Both the position numbers and the translations under genes were made by a program. DNA of 64,000 nt, taken from an uncultured delta proteobacterium (GTDB taxonomy: Bacteria; Desulfobacterota; RBG-13-43-22). Each line of letters opens with the position of its first letter. Positions within the stretch are counted from its first letter, which is position 1. The stretch covers positions 32,001 through 96,000 of the forward strand of contig CAVQFQ010000017.1 of the NCBI GenBank assembly GCA_963711835.1, written 5' to 3'. The notes beneath the pieces are model-generated. The model did no database searches. It was not told the origin of the DNA and saw nothing but the letters and a program-made list of their open reading frames with translations. Shown piece after piece: positions 50,974 through 61,654 of this stretch.

Positions 50974-52314
50974 TCATCGGACCAGGTCCTTCAGGTGCTG
51001 GACGGTTTCCCAGGAAAAAGGAGACAAACAGGGGAAGAGGGAATTATTGTGATAAAGCGGTTCTTCCTGCAGGGGAAAACGCGAATGCCGGCAGGCTTCA
51101 GGCCAGAGAAGGGTCTGGGGTATGGGGGAATACTCCGCCAGACGGGGCCGGATCCCCAGAGCCCGGACCTCCCGGATGGACTGTTCGATCTCCCCCAGGG
51201 TCTGGCCGGGAAGACCGGCCAGGAGATAAACTTCGATCCGCTTTTTTTCAAACCCGGCTTTTTCCAAAACCCTTAAGGCCCTTTCCCAATCCCCTGACAC
51301 CAACTTTCCGCCCCAGGAACGATGTCGATTCCAATCGGTGGTTTCCAGGCCCATTCGCAAGGTCCTGAATCCGGCTCGAAAAAGCAGCCGGGCCCTGCTT
51401 TCATTTAGTTCCCGGATATGCAAGGCATTGGGGGTGTGAAAACGAAGGTCCAATCCCCGTTTGAGCAAGCCTTCCAATATGGGCCCCAGGTGTCTCTCAA
51501 ACCCGATCAGCAGGGCATCGTCATAGAAAACAAAATCCCTGACGGCCCGGCTCCGAACCCAATAAAGGATTTCATCGACCACCCCGTCAGGCGAACGCTG
51601 CCGGAAACCCGGCTGCAGGACCTGGGAGGCACAATAGGGACAGGAAAAAGGGCAGCCCCTTGATGTCAAAAGGCAAATATAAGGCAAGGTCCGGTAGAGA
51701 TCAAAGGCCGGCAGGGGAAAGCTGTCCAGGTCATCCACCTCAGGCACCCGGGTGGGGGATCGCCCGGTAAGGGAGGCCAGTAAATTTAAAATTGCCCCTT
51801 CCCCCGCTCCGGTGATAATATAGTCTGCTCCCATCTGGTTCCGGGCCTGATCCGGCATCAAGGTGGCAAAAAGACCGCCGAGGATGACCGGAGTTGCCGG
51901 AAAGATTTTTTTTAGGATGGAGATGGTTTCCTTCAGTCCGGGGTACCAATAGGTCATTAAGGAAGTGACCAGGAAGGCCTGCGGTTGGGGAAGGGCCTTG
52001 AGGGCCTTCAGAAAAAGATCGGTCGGGATTCCGTAGCGAAAATAATGGTAAGGGATTTTTCCCAGGGCCGCCGGCTTGGGCAGACCTTGCCGGAAATACT
52101 TCCCCGTCCCAAAAGCCTTGCGGATCGGGGCTGAGGTCAGGGCTTCGGCTCCCTTGAAATGAACATCCAGACAGTCCAGCAGATGGACCTGAAAGCCGTT
52201 GGCCCTCAGGGTGCCGGCCAGGTAAAGCAATCCTAAAGGCTTGGCCCAAAGATCAAAGGCCGAGAAGTCCCAGATATAGGGATTGATCAAACAAATATGA
52301 GGACCCGGGGTCAT
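50974..52314 (-). CDS. B12-binding radical SAM protein
   Basis: KPLGLLYLA, TSRGCPFSCPYC, FHTPNAL. Confidence 0.88.
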   Translation of the reverse strand: MTPGPHICLINPYIWDFSAFDLWAKPLGLLYLAGTLRANGFQVHLLDCLDVHFKGAEALTSAPIRKAFGTGKYFRQGLPKPAALGKIPYHYFRYGIPTDLFLKALKALPQPQAFLVTSLMTYWYPGLKETISILKKIFPATPVILGGLFATLMPDQARNQMGADYIITGAGEGAILNLLASLTGRSPTRVPEVDDLDSFPLPAFDLYRTLPYICLLTSRGCPFSCPYCASQVLQPGFRQRSPDGVVDEILYWVRSRAVRDFVFYDDALLIGFERHLGPILEGLLKRGLDLRFHTPNALHIRELNESRARLLFRAGFRTLRMGLETTDWNRHRSWGGKLVSGDWERALRVLEKAGFEKKRIEVYLLAGLPGQTLGEIEQSIREVRALGIRPRLAEYSPIPQTLLWPEACRHSRFPLQEEPLYHNNSLFPCLSPFSWETVQHLKDLVR

Positions 52315-52404
52315 ACTGATAAAGGCCTTTTTTAAAGCCGCTTCTTTTAAAGGGCAGGGCGAGGAAAAACCTATTCCAATAATGAGCGCATAGTACTCGA
52401 ACCC

Positions 52405-53874
52405 GTGGAATTAGAGCAAATAAAAAACCTGCGCCGCTGGGTAACCGGCCATCCCTATTTTCGCGTCCTGGACTCGATTTCCAAGGATCTCGGCCCGGAG
52501 ATCTTCCTTACCGGGGGATTGGTCCGGGATCGCCTGGCCGACAGAGAAACCCAGGACGTGGATCTGACCATGGCCCGGGAGGCCTTGAGAATCGCCCAAA
52601 AGTTCGCCGATCAGACCGGAGGCTCTCTGGTTTTGCTGCGGGAAGAGGCGGAAACCGCGCGGGTCGTTTTTAAGGAGGCCAGTTTCGACTTCGCAAAATT
52701 TCGCGGTCCCGATCTGGAAGCCGATTTAAGGGGGAGGGATTTTACCGTCAATACCATTTCCCTTTCCCTCAGCCGGGCCTTTGGTCCGGAGGAATGGCCT
52801 CTCATCGATCCCCTGGGAGGAATCTCCGATCTCGGCCATAAGATCCTGCGGATGGCCGGGCCGCTCAGTTTTGATCAGGATCCCCTGCGGACCCTCCGGG
52901 CTTTCCGCTTTTCCGCCCAGCTCGGGCTGACGATCGAACCGGCGACCCTGCAATCCATCAAGGAATCGGCCTCCAAGCTGGTCGAAACAGCCCCGGAACG
53001 GATTCATCACGAATGGCTCCTCTTGCTCTCCCAGCCCTTCTGTTTCGCACAGGTTGGACAGATGGACCCCTCCGGCCTTCTGGAGGTTCTTTTCCCCGAA
53101 TTGGTCCGGTTAAAAGGGGTGGTCCAAAACCGCTATCATCATCTAAGTGCCTTTGATCATTCCTTGCTGTCCCTTCGCCGTCTGGAGGAAATTTTTTCCG
53201 GCCCGACCTCCCTTCCTTCCCGCCTGGCGGAAGAGGTGAATGTCTATCAGGACGAAGGCCGTAAACTTCCCTGGTTGAAATGGGCCGTTCTGATCCATGA
53301 TTTAGGCAAGTCGGCCACAGCCGAAAACAAAGGGGATCGTTTGACCTTTCACGGCCATGCCTCAGCCTCCCAAAGTCTCTTCCAATCCATTGCCGAACGC
53401 TATCGGCTGAGCCACCGGGAAAGAAACACCATCGTCCAGATGATCGGGTGGCATATGCGGCCTCTCCATCTGGCCGAGGAAATGCGGAAAGGGACCTTGA
53501 GCCGCCGGGCCTTAACCCGCTTTGTCCGGGAGGTGGCCGATGATTTGAACGGCGTTTTCGCTTTGTCCCTGGCCGACAGCCTGGCCGCTCAAGGCCCGGA
53601 GAAACCCAAAGATAGCGAAGCTGGAATCATGGCCCTCTGGGAAAAAGCCCTCGTGATCCGGGATGAATTCATACGCCCTATGAGAAAGGCCCCGGCCCTG
53701 CTTTCCGGTCTGGATCTGATTGAACTGGGTCTGACTCCGGGCCCTTTATTTAAAACCCTTTTGTCCGAATTTGAGGAAGAGAGGTTTGAGGGGGGCATCA
53801 CCAACAAAGAGGAGGCCGTCGGTTGGCTCCGGAAACAGATCGCCTCTAAAAAATCCCTGACCAAAGCACCTTGA
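52405..53874 (+). CDS. CCA-adding/poly(A) polymerase family protein with HD domain
   Basis: GGLVRD, DVD, DLRGRDFTVN, DPLRTLRAFRF, HDLGK. Confidence 0.88.
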   Translation: MELEQIKNLRRWVTGHPYFRVLDSISKDLGPEIFLTGGLVRDRLADRETQDVDLTMAREALRIAQKFADQTGGSLVLLREEAETARVVFKEASFDFAKFRGPDLEADLRGRDFTVNTISLSLSRAFGPEEWPLIDPLGGISDLGHKILRMAGPLSFDQDPLRTLRAFRFSAQLGLTIEPATLQSIKESASKLVETAPERIHHEWLLLLSQPFCFAQVGQMDPSGLLEVLFPELVRLKGVVQNRYHHLSAFDHSLLSLRRLEEIFSGPTSLPSRLAEEVNVYQDEGRKLPWLKWAVLIHDLGKSATAENKGDRLTFHGHASASQSLFQSIAERYRLSHRERNTIVQMIGWHMRPLHLAEEMRKGTLSRRALTRFVREVADDLNGVFALSLADSLAAQGPEKPKDSEAGIMALWEKALVIRDEFIRPMRKAPALLSGLDLIELGLTPGPLFKTLLSEFEEERFEGGITNKEEAVGWLRKQIASKKSLTKAP

Positions 53875-53932
53875 GATTTCTCTCTATCGTTGATGGTTAT
53901 GGTGGTTGGGGGTCTTGTTGGGGGGATGGCCG

Positions 53933-54076
53933 TTAAGGCTGGAGAGGCGGGGTATAATTGGGGCTTATGATGTTGGCCAGGGAGACGATTAAGACAAAAA
54001 TGACCCAGAAAACAATAGAGATAATCAACCAATCCCGGGCGGTGTCGTTTTTGTCTGTTTGATCTTTATTTTCCAT
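53933..54076 (-). CDS. Small membrane protein (tentative)
   Basis: Single hydrophobic segment WLIISIVFWVIFVLIVSLA. Confidence 0.35.
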   Translation of the reverse strand: MENKDQTDKNDTARDWLIISIVFWVIFVLIVSLANIISPNYTPPLQP

Positions 54077-54201
54077 TAAAAATAATTTAGGGCATATCAA
54101 TTTCTTTGTCAAGGCGATCTTTGATGCGACCAACGACCTGATCCAGGCCGTCTTCCCGTTTTCCCGGGAAGACGGCGAAAACCACACAAGGAAGTCTATA
54201 A

Positions 54202-55044
54202 TCAAAGACCGGCCAGGAATTGCCCTAAGGCCTCCTGCCAGGGAAGGGGTTGATAGCCCGAGATCAGGCTGGTATAACGCATATCCAGGACCGAAAAGGC
54301 CGGCCGTTTGGCCGGCCTTTCCAATTGGTGGCTGTGGATAGGACGGACCTCGTTTTTAATTCCCTGGACCTTTAAAATTTCCCGGGCGAAATCATACCAC
54401 CCTATTCCCCCATCGGTGCGGTCGGTCAGGTGATAGGTCCCGAAGTTCCCGCTCTCAATAATCCGAAGGATTCCCCGGCTCAAATTGACGCTCCAGGTGG
54501 GAGACATGATTTGGTCGGTCACCACCGACAGGGGATCCCCTTTCCCGGCCCGGTCCAGGATCATCCGGACAAAGTTGGGGCCGTGACTCCCGTATAGAGA
54601 ACTGGTCCGGACGATGTAAAAGCGGTTCAGGAGGTGTTCCGCATAAAATTCCCCGGCCAATTTGGAGGCCCCGTAAACATTGACGGGGCCGGTCGCATCC
54701 CAGGGTTGATAAGGCCGGGAGCCGCCGCCGTCAAAGACATAATCCGTACTGATCTGGCACAAGACCGTCCCAACCGCCTGGCAGGCCAGGGCCAGATGAT
54801 GCACGCCCAGGGCATTGACCCGGAAGGCTTCGTCGGCCTCCTTTTCCGCCCGGTCAACCTGGGTGTAGCCGGCGCAATTAACCAAGATATCCGGCCGGAG
54901 GGTTTCGAGCTTAAGGAAGACCGCGGCCTTTTGGGTTATGTCCAGGTCCTGGAGGGCCAGGGGAATCACCTCATGTTCCCTTTGAAGAATGGGGACCAGA
55001 TCGCAAGACAATAATCCGGGAAAGCCGGTCACCAGGATTTTCAC
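54202..55044 (-). CDS. rfbD: dTDP-4-dehydrorhamnose reductase
   Basis: NCAGYTQVD, ISTDYVFDG, YGASK, RPAFSVL. Confidence 0.93.
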   Translation of the reverse strand: MKILVTGFPGLLSCDLVPILQREHEVIPLALQDLDITQKAAVFLKLETLRPDILVNCAGYTQVDRAEKEADEAFRVNALGVHHLALACQAVGTVLCQISTDYVFDGGGSRPYQPWDATGPVNVYGASKLAGEFYAEHLLNRFYIVRTSSLYGSHGPNFVRMILDRAGKGDPLSVVTDQIMSPTWSVNLSRGILRIIESGNFGTYHLTDRTDGGIGWYDFAREILKVQGIKNEVRPIHSHQLERPAKRPAFSVLDMRYTSLISGYQPLPWQEALGQFLAGL

Positions 55045-56078
55045 GAGCCGCTCCAGAATCCCCGGCTTTCCCGGGCCAATCTCTTCTTAAGGGGCTGCCA
55101 CCAGAGGGGATGATCCTGGTACCATTGAACAGTCCGGGCCAGCCCTTGGGAAAATTCAACCGTGGGGCGCCAGCCGATCTCACGCCGGATCTTCTCATTG
55201 CTTAAGGCATAGCGCAGGTCATGGCCCGGTCGATCGGTCACAAACTCCAGCCACTCCTCTCCCCGGTCAAGCCTCTTAAGGACCTCCCGGGCCACTTCAA
55301 TATTTTTTCGCTCCGACTCCCCGCCCACGTTGTAGGCCTGACCGACCCGGCCCTCTTCAAGGATTCTGTTGATGGCCCGGCAGGCGTCATCCACAAACAG
55401 CCAATCCCGCACATTTTCGCCCCGGCCATAGACCGGCACGGATTGCCCTTCCAGGAGATTGGTGATCATCAGGGGGATGAATTTTTCCGGAAACTGAAAC
55501 GGGCCGTAATTATTGGAGGGCCGGACGATCAGGACCGGAAAGCGGAAGGTTTCGAAGTAGGCCCGGGCTAAAAGATCGCCGGCCGCCTTGCTGGCCGAAT
55601 AGGGTGAGTTGGGCCGAAAAGGGGTTTCCTCGGTAAAAATGCCTTTGGCGCCTAAAGCCCCATAGACCTCGTCGGTGGAAACATGGAGGAAGCGGAAGCC
55701 GGGGGCTTTATCAAGTTTTTCCACCCAATAGCGCTTGAAAACCTCCAGCAAGGTATGGGTCCCCAGGACATTGGTCTGGATAAATTCTTTCGATCCTCCG
55801 ATCGACCGGTCCACGTGCGATTCGGCGGCGAAATGGACGACCGCCTGGACCGGAACCCGGGTCAACAGATCGCCCAGCAGGGCCTCGTCCAGGATATCCC
55901 CTTCTACAAATTGGTACCAGGGTCCGGAGCGGAGGTCCCGGAGGTTGTCCGGGTTGGCGGAATAGGTTATCTTGTCCAGATTGATCAGGCGATCTTCCGG
56001 GTGAGCCTGGTGAAACAGGCGGATAAAATTGGAGCCGATAAATCCCAGACCGCCGGTTATCAGTATGGTCTTTTCCAT
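55041..56078 (-). CDS. rfbB: dTDP-glucose 4,6-dehydratase
   Basis: TGGLGFIGSNF, AAESHVDRS, STDEVYG, YSASK, DRPGHDLRY. Confidence 0.96.
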   Translation of the reverse strand: MEKTILITGGLGFIGSNFIRLFHQAHPEDRLINLDKITYSANPDNLRDLRSGPWYQFVEGDILDEALLGDLLTRVPVQAVVHFAAESHVDRSIGGSKEFIQTNVLGTHTLLEVFKRYWVEKLDKAPGFRFLHVSTDEVYGALGAKGIFTEETPFRPNSPYSASKAAGDLLARAYFETFRFPVLIVRPSNNYGPFQFPEKFIPLMITNLLEGQSVPVYGRGENVRDWLFVDDACRAINRILEEGRVGQAYNVGGESERKNIEVAREVLKRLDRGEEWLEFVTDRPGHDLRYALSNEKIRREIGWRPTVEFSQGLARTVQWYQDHPLWWQPLKKRLARESRGFWSGS

Positions 56079-56116
56079 CTTCGCTATCCGCACCAATTTA
56101 TGAGCTGCTGGCTGCG

Positions 56117-57184
56117 CTACACTTCCACCAGGGCATTATCGCCGATCATCAACCGCAGGGCCTTGGACTGCTTTGCGCCCTGGGTGACCCGGGCCTCCCG
56201 GCCGATCAGGCTGTCCTCCAGGCGGCTGATGTTCTCGACATAACAGTGGCTCAGAAGGACCGAATGTTCGATGACCGAGCAGATAACGCGGCTGTGAGGG
56301 CCGATGGTGGTATAAGGACCGATAAAGGAGTTGATGATCTCCGACCCCTCGCCGATGACGGCCGGTCCCCGGATGGTACTGCCTCTTACCTTGGCCTTTT
56401 TCCCCAGTTGTACCCGGCCGGTCAGCCGGCTCTGGGCATCGCAGTGACCGGCGATATCTCGCTTTATAAAATCATCCAGGACCGTAGTGTTGGCAGCCAG
56501 GATATCATCTTTTTTACCGGTATCCAACCACCAGCCTTCCAGGATGTGGCCCTTCACCAGACCTTTTCCATCCATCAGTTCCTGAATGGCATCGGTGATC
56601 TCCAATTCTCCCCGGGCCGAGGGTTTGATGCGATCAATGGCCTCATGGATCTTGGGGGAGAAGAAGTAGACACCCACCAGGGCCAGATTGGAAGGGGGTT
56701 TTCGGGGTTTTTCAACCAGCCGGATAATCTGCCCCTTTTTATTCAAGACCGCCACCCCAAAGGCCTGGGGGTTTTCGACCTCTTTTAATAATAAAAAGGC
56801 ATCCACCTTTTCGGCCAGAAATTGTTCCCCATAGCCTTTGATCCCCTCAGCCAGGAGATTATCCCCCAGATACATGACAAAGGGGGAGGAACCCAGAAAA
56901 GGCCGGGCTGTTTTAACCGCATGAGCCAGGCCGAGAGGTTGCTCCTGAAGGATGTACTGGATGCGTAAATTCCAGCGTTCTCCTTTTTTCAGGTAGTCTT
57001 TGACTTCCTGCTGGGTCTCGGGGGCTACCACCACGCCCACCTCTTTGATGCCGGCCTCCATGAGGTGCTGGAAGACATAGCCCAAGATGGGCTCATTGGC
57101 CACCGGGACCAGTTGTTTGGCCATGGTATGGGTGATGGGCCTGAGACGAACTCCTTTCCCTCCTGATAACACCAAAGCCTTCAT
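56117..57184 (-). CDS. rfbA: Glucose-1-phosphate thymidylyltransferase (long form)
   Basis: LSGGKGVRLRP, KQLVPVAN, GLAHAV, SARGELEITDA, WLDTG. Confidence 0.92.
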   Translation of the reverse strand: MKALVLSGGKGVRLRPITHTMAKQLVPVANEPILGYVFQHLMEAGIKEVGVVVAPETQQEVKDYLKKGERWNLRIQYILQEQPLGLAHAVKTARPFLGSSPFVMYLGDNLLAEGIKGYGEQFLAEKVDAFLLLKEVENPQAFGVAVLNKKGQIIRLVEKPRKPPSNLALVGVYFFSPKIHEAIDRIKPSARGELEITDAIQELMDGKGLVKGHILEGWWLDTGKKDDILAANTTVLDDFIKRDIAGHCDAQSRLTGRVQLGKKAKVRGSTIRGPAVIGEGSEIINSFIGPYTTIGPHSRVICSVIEHSVLLSHCYVENISRLEDSLIGREARVTQGAKQSKALRLMIGDNALVEV

Positions 57185-57189
57185 GAGGA

Positions 57190-57330
57190 TCTTCCTTTTG
57201 TAGGTTTTATTATCGGTTTAACGGCCGAGATAAATTCCCGGATATCGCCGTTGACAGCCGGCGGGTTTTCCATGAAGAAGAGGTGTCCCAGCCCTTCATA
57301 CCCTATCAGCCGGGCCTGGGGCATCATGGT
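57190..57330 (-). pseudogene. C-terminal remnant of an alpha/beta hydrolase
   Basis: Minus strand reads PQARLIGYEGLGHLFFMENPPAVNGDIREF. Confidence 0.5.
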
Positions 57331-57599
57331 TAACCTGCTATTCCAACCTAAAGTCCGGAGCGGGTCGCTGCCCGGTCAAGGTGCTTCTCCGGACCATTTC
57401 TATCGGCAAGTATTACCACTACCGGCTTTCCCTTCAGGGGTCAAGGGTAATCTCCGGTAAAGGCTTTCTTCCCCGGGTTTCCTTAAACCAGGTCCTTACT
57501 CCCCCGGCCCCTTTTTTATTGGGTCACGAAGGGAAGAACCTGATATAATGAATACCATAAGGCCGTAATTCCAAATCCTAAAGACTAAGGAGCGAAAAT

Positions 57600-58910
57600 A
57601 TGCCCAACTATACCTTGGACTCCCGTCTGCCCCTCATTCAGCAGGCCGATCTGGAAGGAAAAATCGTCCTGGTCCGGGTGGATCATAACGTGGTCAACAA
57701 AGGGATTATTCGGGACCCTTACCGTATCGAGCAGACCTTTGGTACCCTCTATAACATCGTGGAACGGGGAGGGCGTCCTATTCTGATGACCCATGTCGGC
57801 CGCCCTAAGGATAAAAAGACCGGTGAAATATCCTGCCAACCGGACAGCGGCGTGGAACCGATCGTCCGTTATCTGGAGCAAAAACTGCATACCCAATTTT
57901 TTGTGCCGGATTTCTCCCCCGACGGATCGAAAGGGATTACCCATATTGATACCTCGATAAATTTAGCCGTTAAGGATTTGCGTCGCCGGAAAATAGGCGG
58001 CATTTATCTGCCCAATACCCGCTGGTTTCAAGGAGAGGAGAGCCGGGGGCCGGAGCGGGAGGCCCTGGCCAGCCAATTGGCCGGGCTGGGCGATGTTTTT
58101 ATCAACGATGCCTTCGGCTCCTGGCAGGCCCATGCCTCCACCTACGACATCACCCGCTATCTGCCGTCATTCGCGGGTTTTTTGATGCAAAAGGAAATCG
58201 CCAACCTGGACCGGGTCCTCAAACCGGAGCGCCCTTTTCTGGCCGTAGTGGCCGGAGCCAAATACGACACCAAGATCGGTCCGCTCAATAAAATCTACGA
58301 AAAGGTGGACCATCTGATTCTGGGTGGGGTGATCTACAATACCTATTTGGCGGCCAAGTGGGGGGTAGCGATCAAGGGTGTCCCCGACAAGGATGTGCAA
58401 GCCGCCAGGGAACTGGTGGCTATGGACAGGGAGAAGAAAAAAATCATCGAGCTTCCCTATGTGGTGGAATCGGATATCCTGGAAGGCCGGCAGGAAGGAC
58501 GCTATCGCACCTTGAACCTCAGGGATTTTAAGCCCGGCGGTCAGTACGGATACCTTCTGGATATTGCTCCCCAATCCTTTGAAGATCCGGCCGTCCGGGA
58601 GGTCCTTTCCCAAGCCCGAACCATTTTCGTCAACGCCGTAATGGGTTATACCCCCCATTTCACCGAAGGTTCCAAGGCCCTGGACCAGGCTATCGATAAG
58701 AATCAGGCCGCCTTCAAGATGTACGGAGGCGGCGATACCCTCCAGGAATTCAAGGATCTCAATCCCGGGCTTTATCTGAGTGTGATCGACAATACCCAGT
58801 ACTATTTCTTTACCGGGGGAGGGACGGTCCTGACCGCCATCGAGGAGGGGACCCCTTATGGCTTGAAACCGATCCAGGCCCTCTTGGAAAATGGAGGCCG
58901 CCAGCCCTGA
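57600..58910 (+). CDS. pgk: Phosphoglycerate kinase (divergent)
   Basis: VRVDHNV, THVGRP, NDAFGS, GAK...KI, GGGDT, TGGG. Confidence 0.88.
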   Translation: MPNYTLDSRLPLIQQADLEGKIVLVRVDHNVVNKGIIRDPYRIEQTFGTLYNIVERGGRPILMTHVGRPKDKKTGEISCQPDSGVEPIVRYLEQKLHTQFFVPDFSPDGSKGITHIDTSINLAVKDLRRRKIGGIYLPNTRWFQGEESRGPEREALASQLAGLGDVFINDAFGSWQAHASTYDITRYLPSFAGFLMQKEIANLDRVLKPERPFLAVVAGAKYDTKIGPLNKIYEKVDHLILGGVIYNTYLAAKWGVAIKGVPDKDVQAARELVAMDREKKKIIELPYVVESDILEGRQEGRYRTLNLRDFKPGGQYGYLLDIAPQSFEDPAVREVLSQARTIFVNAVMGYTPHFTEGSKALDQAIDKNQAAFKMYGGGDTLQEFKDLNPGLYLSVIDNTQYYFFTGGGTVLTAIEEGTPYGLKPIQALLENGGRQP

Positions 58911-59025
58911 GCAAATCCTGTTGGAGGCCTTAGGGGGACGGTCCTCTAACCAAAGGCCCCTTCTTAGATTCTATCACTCTTAACCCTGGGAATTTATCTC
59001 TAAATTTCCAATATCAGGTGTAGGG

Positions 59026-59169
59026 GGGTCTTATTTTTTGAGTTGTCCAAAGGGTGACTAAGAGCCCCTAATCCGGCCCGAATAACTAAGTTTATGTTAG
59101 AGTAGGGCATTCATCCCGCCGAGGCGGGACTTATGGCGTTGGGGTGGACAACTTAAAAAAATAAGACCC
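59026..59169. repeat. Element bounded by 24/25-bp inverted repeats and enclosing a dif-like site
   Basis: GGGTCTTATTTTTTGAGTTGTCCA / TGGACAACTTAAAAAAATAAGACCC. Confidence 0.75.
59075..59102 (+). other. XerC/XerD dif-like site
   Basis: GGCCCGAATAA-CTAAGT-TTATGTTAGAG versus E. coli dif GGTGCGCATAA-TGTATA-TTATGTTAAAT (8/11 and 9/11 arm matches). Confidence 0.45.
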
Positions 59170-59270
59170 ACCACCACCATTTCTTCAGGACTTTAGAAAA
59201 AATTTCAAAGATCTTTGTTTAGTCTTTGGTACCCTTATTTTAGCTCAGCCTTTTAAATCGGAGATGCTGT

Positions 59271-60026
59271 TTGTTAGAGCAGACCTTCATCCATATTCCG
59301 GGCATCGGGCCCAAGACCGAGCAGGCCATTTGGGGGCAGGGCGTCCTCACCTGGAAACAGTTTTTAATTCACGAAAGACCCATTTTGTCTCCGGAGAAAG
59401 ACCGCCTTATCCGGCAGGAATTGACCTCCTCTTTGGAGCACCGTGAGGATATTCATTTTTTCCTGGATCGTCTCTCCACCCCCAACCTTTGGAGACTCTA
59501 TCCGGCCTTCCGCAACAAAACCGTCTTTCTCGATATTGAAACCGATGGAGGGCTTCAGGGCTTCGATGAAATCACGGTCATCGGTCTTTATGACGGCCGG
59601 CAGGTTCAGACCTTTATCAACGGAATCAATTTGGAGGCCTTCGAAGAGGCCGTCCTGGCCTATGAGTTGGTCATTACCTATAACGGCAGCGGCTTTGATC
59701 TGCCCTGCCTGAGGCGCAGCTTTCGCCATCTTTCCCTTCCTGCGGGCCATATCGACCTGCGGCATCTCCTGAAAAGGATCGGGCTTAGCGGAGGGCTGAA
59801 AGCCATTGAAAAGAAGGTCGGCCTGGTCCGGGAGCCTCAGGTCGAGGGGTTGGACGGCTTTGATGCCGTCAGGCTCTGGAGGGCTTACCAGTGGGGAGAC
59901 CGGTCCTCTCTGGATCGCTTAATTCTCTATAATACCATGGACATAGTCCATCTAAAGCCCTTGATGGAATTGGGTTTCCAGAAGATGAAATGCCTTTGCG
60001 GTCCGAAAACTTTAAGGCCGATTTAA
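59271..60026 (+). CDS. RNase H-like (YprB/RNase_H_2) exonuclease
   Basis: HIPGIGPK, FLDIETDG, TYNGSGFDLP, GGLKAIE, YN..D. Confidence 0.85.
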   Translation: MLEQTFIHIPGIGPKTEQAIWGQGVLTWKQFLIHERPILSPEKDRLIRQELTSSLEHREDIHFFLDRLSTPNLWRLYPAFRNKTVFLDIETDGGLQGFDEITVIGLYDGRQVQTFINGINLEAFEEAVLAYELVITYNGSGFDLPCLRRSFRHLSLPAGHIDLRHLLKRIGLSGGLKAIEKKVGLVREPQVEGLDGFDAVRLWRAYQWGDRSSLDRLILYNTMDIVHLKPLMELGFQKMKCLCGPKTLRPI

Positions 60027-60084
60027 TTTTATCCCTTGACTTTCCCCTCAAAAATATAATATATAATCGAACTTTTTATTAAAG

Positions 60085-60693
60085 GTGGAGAAATTGCCGG
60101 TGAGGACTTCCAAATCAAAAAAAGGGTTGGGGCAGGGCAGGCTGGACAATGCCTGGCTGGTTCCGAGAAAGGTCTTTTTTACCAAAGGGATCGGAAGGCA
60201 CAAGGCCAAGCTGCAATCTTTTGAGTTGGCCCTCCGGGATGCCGGAATCGAGAAGTGCAATCTGGTCTATGTTTCTTCCATCTTTCCTCCCAATTGCAAG
60301 ATTATTCCTTTCGAAGAAGGGATCAAAGAGCTTCTTCCCGGACAGATCACCTTTTGCGTGCTGGCCAAAATCAGTTCCAACGAACCGGAAAGACTCATGG
60401 GGGCCTCCATCGGGCTGGCGGTGCCGGCCGATGAGTACCATTACGGCTATCTTTCAGAACATTCGGCCTTTGGTGAAAACGAAAAGTTCATGAGCGATTT
60501 CGCCGAAGACCTGGCCTCCACCATGCTGGCCACCACCTTAGGGATCGACTTCGATCCTCAGAAGGACTATGATGAGCGCCGGGAGATCTATCGCATGAGC
60601 GGGAAAATCGTGGACACCCTTTCGACCACCTGCGTTACCAGAGGAAACGGTCTCTGGACTACGGTGATCGTGGCGGCTGTATTTTTGCTCTGA
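60085..60693 (+). CDS. pdaD: Pyruvoyl-dependent arginine decarboxylase
   Basis: [43 protein letters not shown]. Confidence 0.92.
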   Translation: MEKLPVRTSKSKKGLGQGRLDNAWLVPRKVFFTKGIGRHKAKLQSFELALRDAGIEKCNLVYVSSIFPPNCKIIPFEEGIKELLPGQITFCVLAKISSNEPERLMGASIGLAVPADEYHYGYLSEHSAFGENEKFMSDFAEDLASTMLATTLGIDFDPQKDYDERREIYRMSGKIVDTLSTTCVTRGNGLWTTVIVAAVFLL

Positions 60694-60754
60694 GGTTCCG
60701 AACCGTAACAACAATTCTGGATCAGGATTTTCACAAACTAAAAGCAGGCCGATT

Positions 60755-61654
60755 TTGCAAACGCTGACCTTCCTGGGGTTGGACGAAGGCGATCTTTCTT
60801 CGGAAAAGGCCGAGGTCCTCATCCAACCCATCCCTTATGATTCCACGACCAGTTTTCAGCCGGGAACCCGCTTCGGCCCCGAGGCCATTCTTCAGGCCAG
60901 CCGGCAGGTGGAATTGTGGGATGAAGAACTAAACTGGGAACCGATGGGGGAAAACAGGTCTTTGACTCTTTCCGATATCCCCCCTAATCACCGCGGGCCC
61001 GAGTACATGGTCCGGGATATTCAAAAGGCCCTTCAGCCTTATTGGGATCAGGGAAAATTCGTCCTGGCCCTGGGTGGAGAGCATACCATCAGCCTGCCCT
61101 TAGTCCGGGGCCTCCTGGAAAGGCACCCGGACCTGGTTCTTATCACCTTCGATGCCCACGGCGACCTCAGGGATGCCTGGGAGGGGACCCCCTTTTCCCA
61201 TGCCTGTGTCCTGCGCAGGATATCCGAATTAAAGATACCTGTTTTTCATCTGGGACTGCGCAGTCTTTCCGGAGAAGAACAGGCCTATTTACAGGCCCAG
61301 GATCTCATAAGAACGGTTACCAGCCGGGAGATCCTCAGGGATAATGGCCTGGATCGGTTTCAACGGGAGCTAGCCGGTTTCTCCGGAAGGTCCTTTTACC
61401 TGAGTCTGGATGTGGATGTTTTTGATCCCGGCCTCGTTCCCGGAACGGGGACCCCTGAACCGGGGGGCCTGGACTGGTTTACCATGCTGCAGGCCCTCAG
61501 GCTGGTCTCGGAAACGGGACCCATTCGGGGCGCCGACCTCTGCGAACTCATGCCTCTGCCCGGGTCGAGGACCTCCGAATTTGTAGCCGCCAAATTGATT
61601 TTTAAAATACTTTCCTATAATTTTTATCAAAAAAGATCAACCGGCCATGTCTAA
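60755..61654 (+). CDS. speB: Agmatinase
   Basis: GTRFGP, LGGEHT, FDAHGDLR, SHAC, DVDVFDP, GTGTPEPGG. Confidence 0.92.
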   Translation: MQTLTFLGLDEGDLSSEKAEVLIQPIPYDSTTSFQPGTRFGPEAILQASRQVELWDEELNWEPMGENRSLTLSDIPPNHRGPEYMVRDIQKALQPYWDQGKFVLALGGEHTISLPLVRGLLERHPDLVLITFDAHGDLRDAWEGTPFSHACVLRRISELKIPVFHLGLRSLSGEEQAYLQAQDLIRTVTSREILRDNGLDRFQRELAGFSGRSFYLSLDVDVFDPGLVPGTGTPEPGGLDWFTMLQALRLVSETGPIRGADLCELMPLPGSRTSEFVAAKLIFKILSYNFYQKRSTGHV

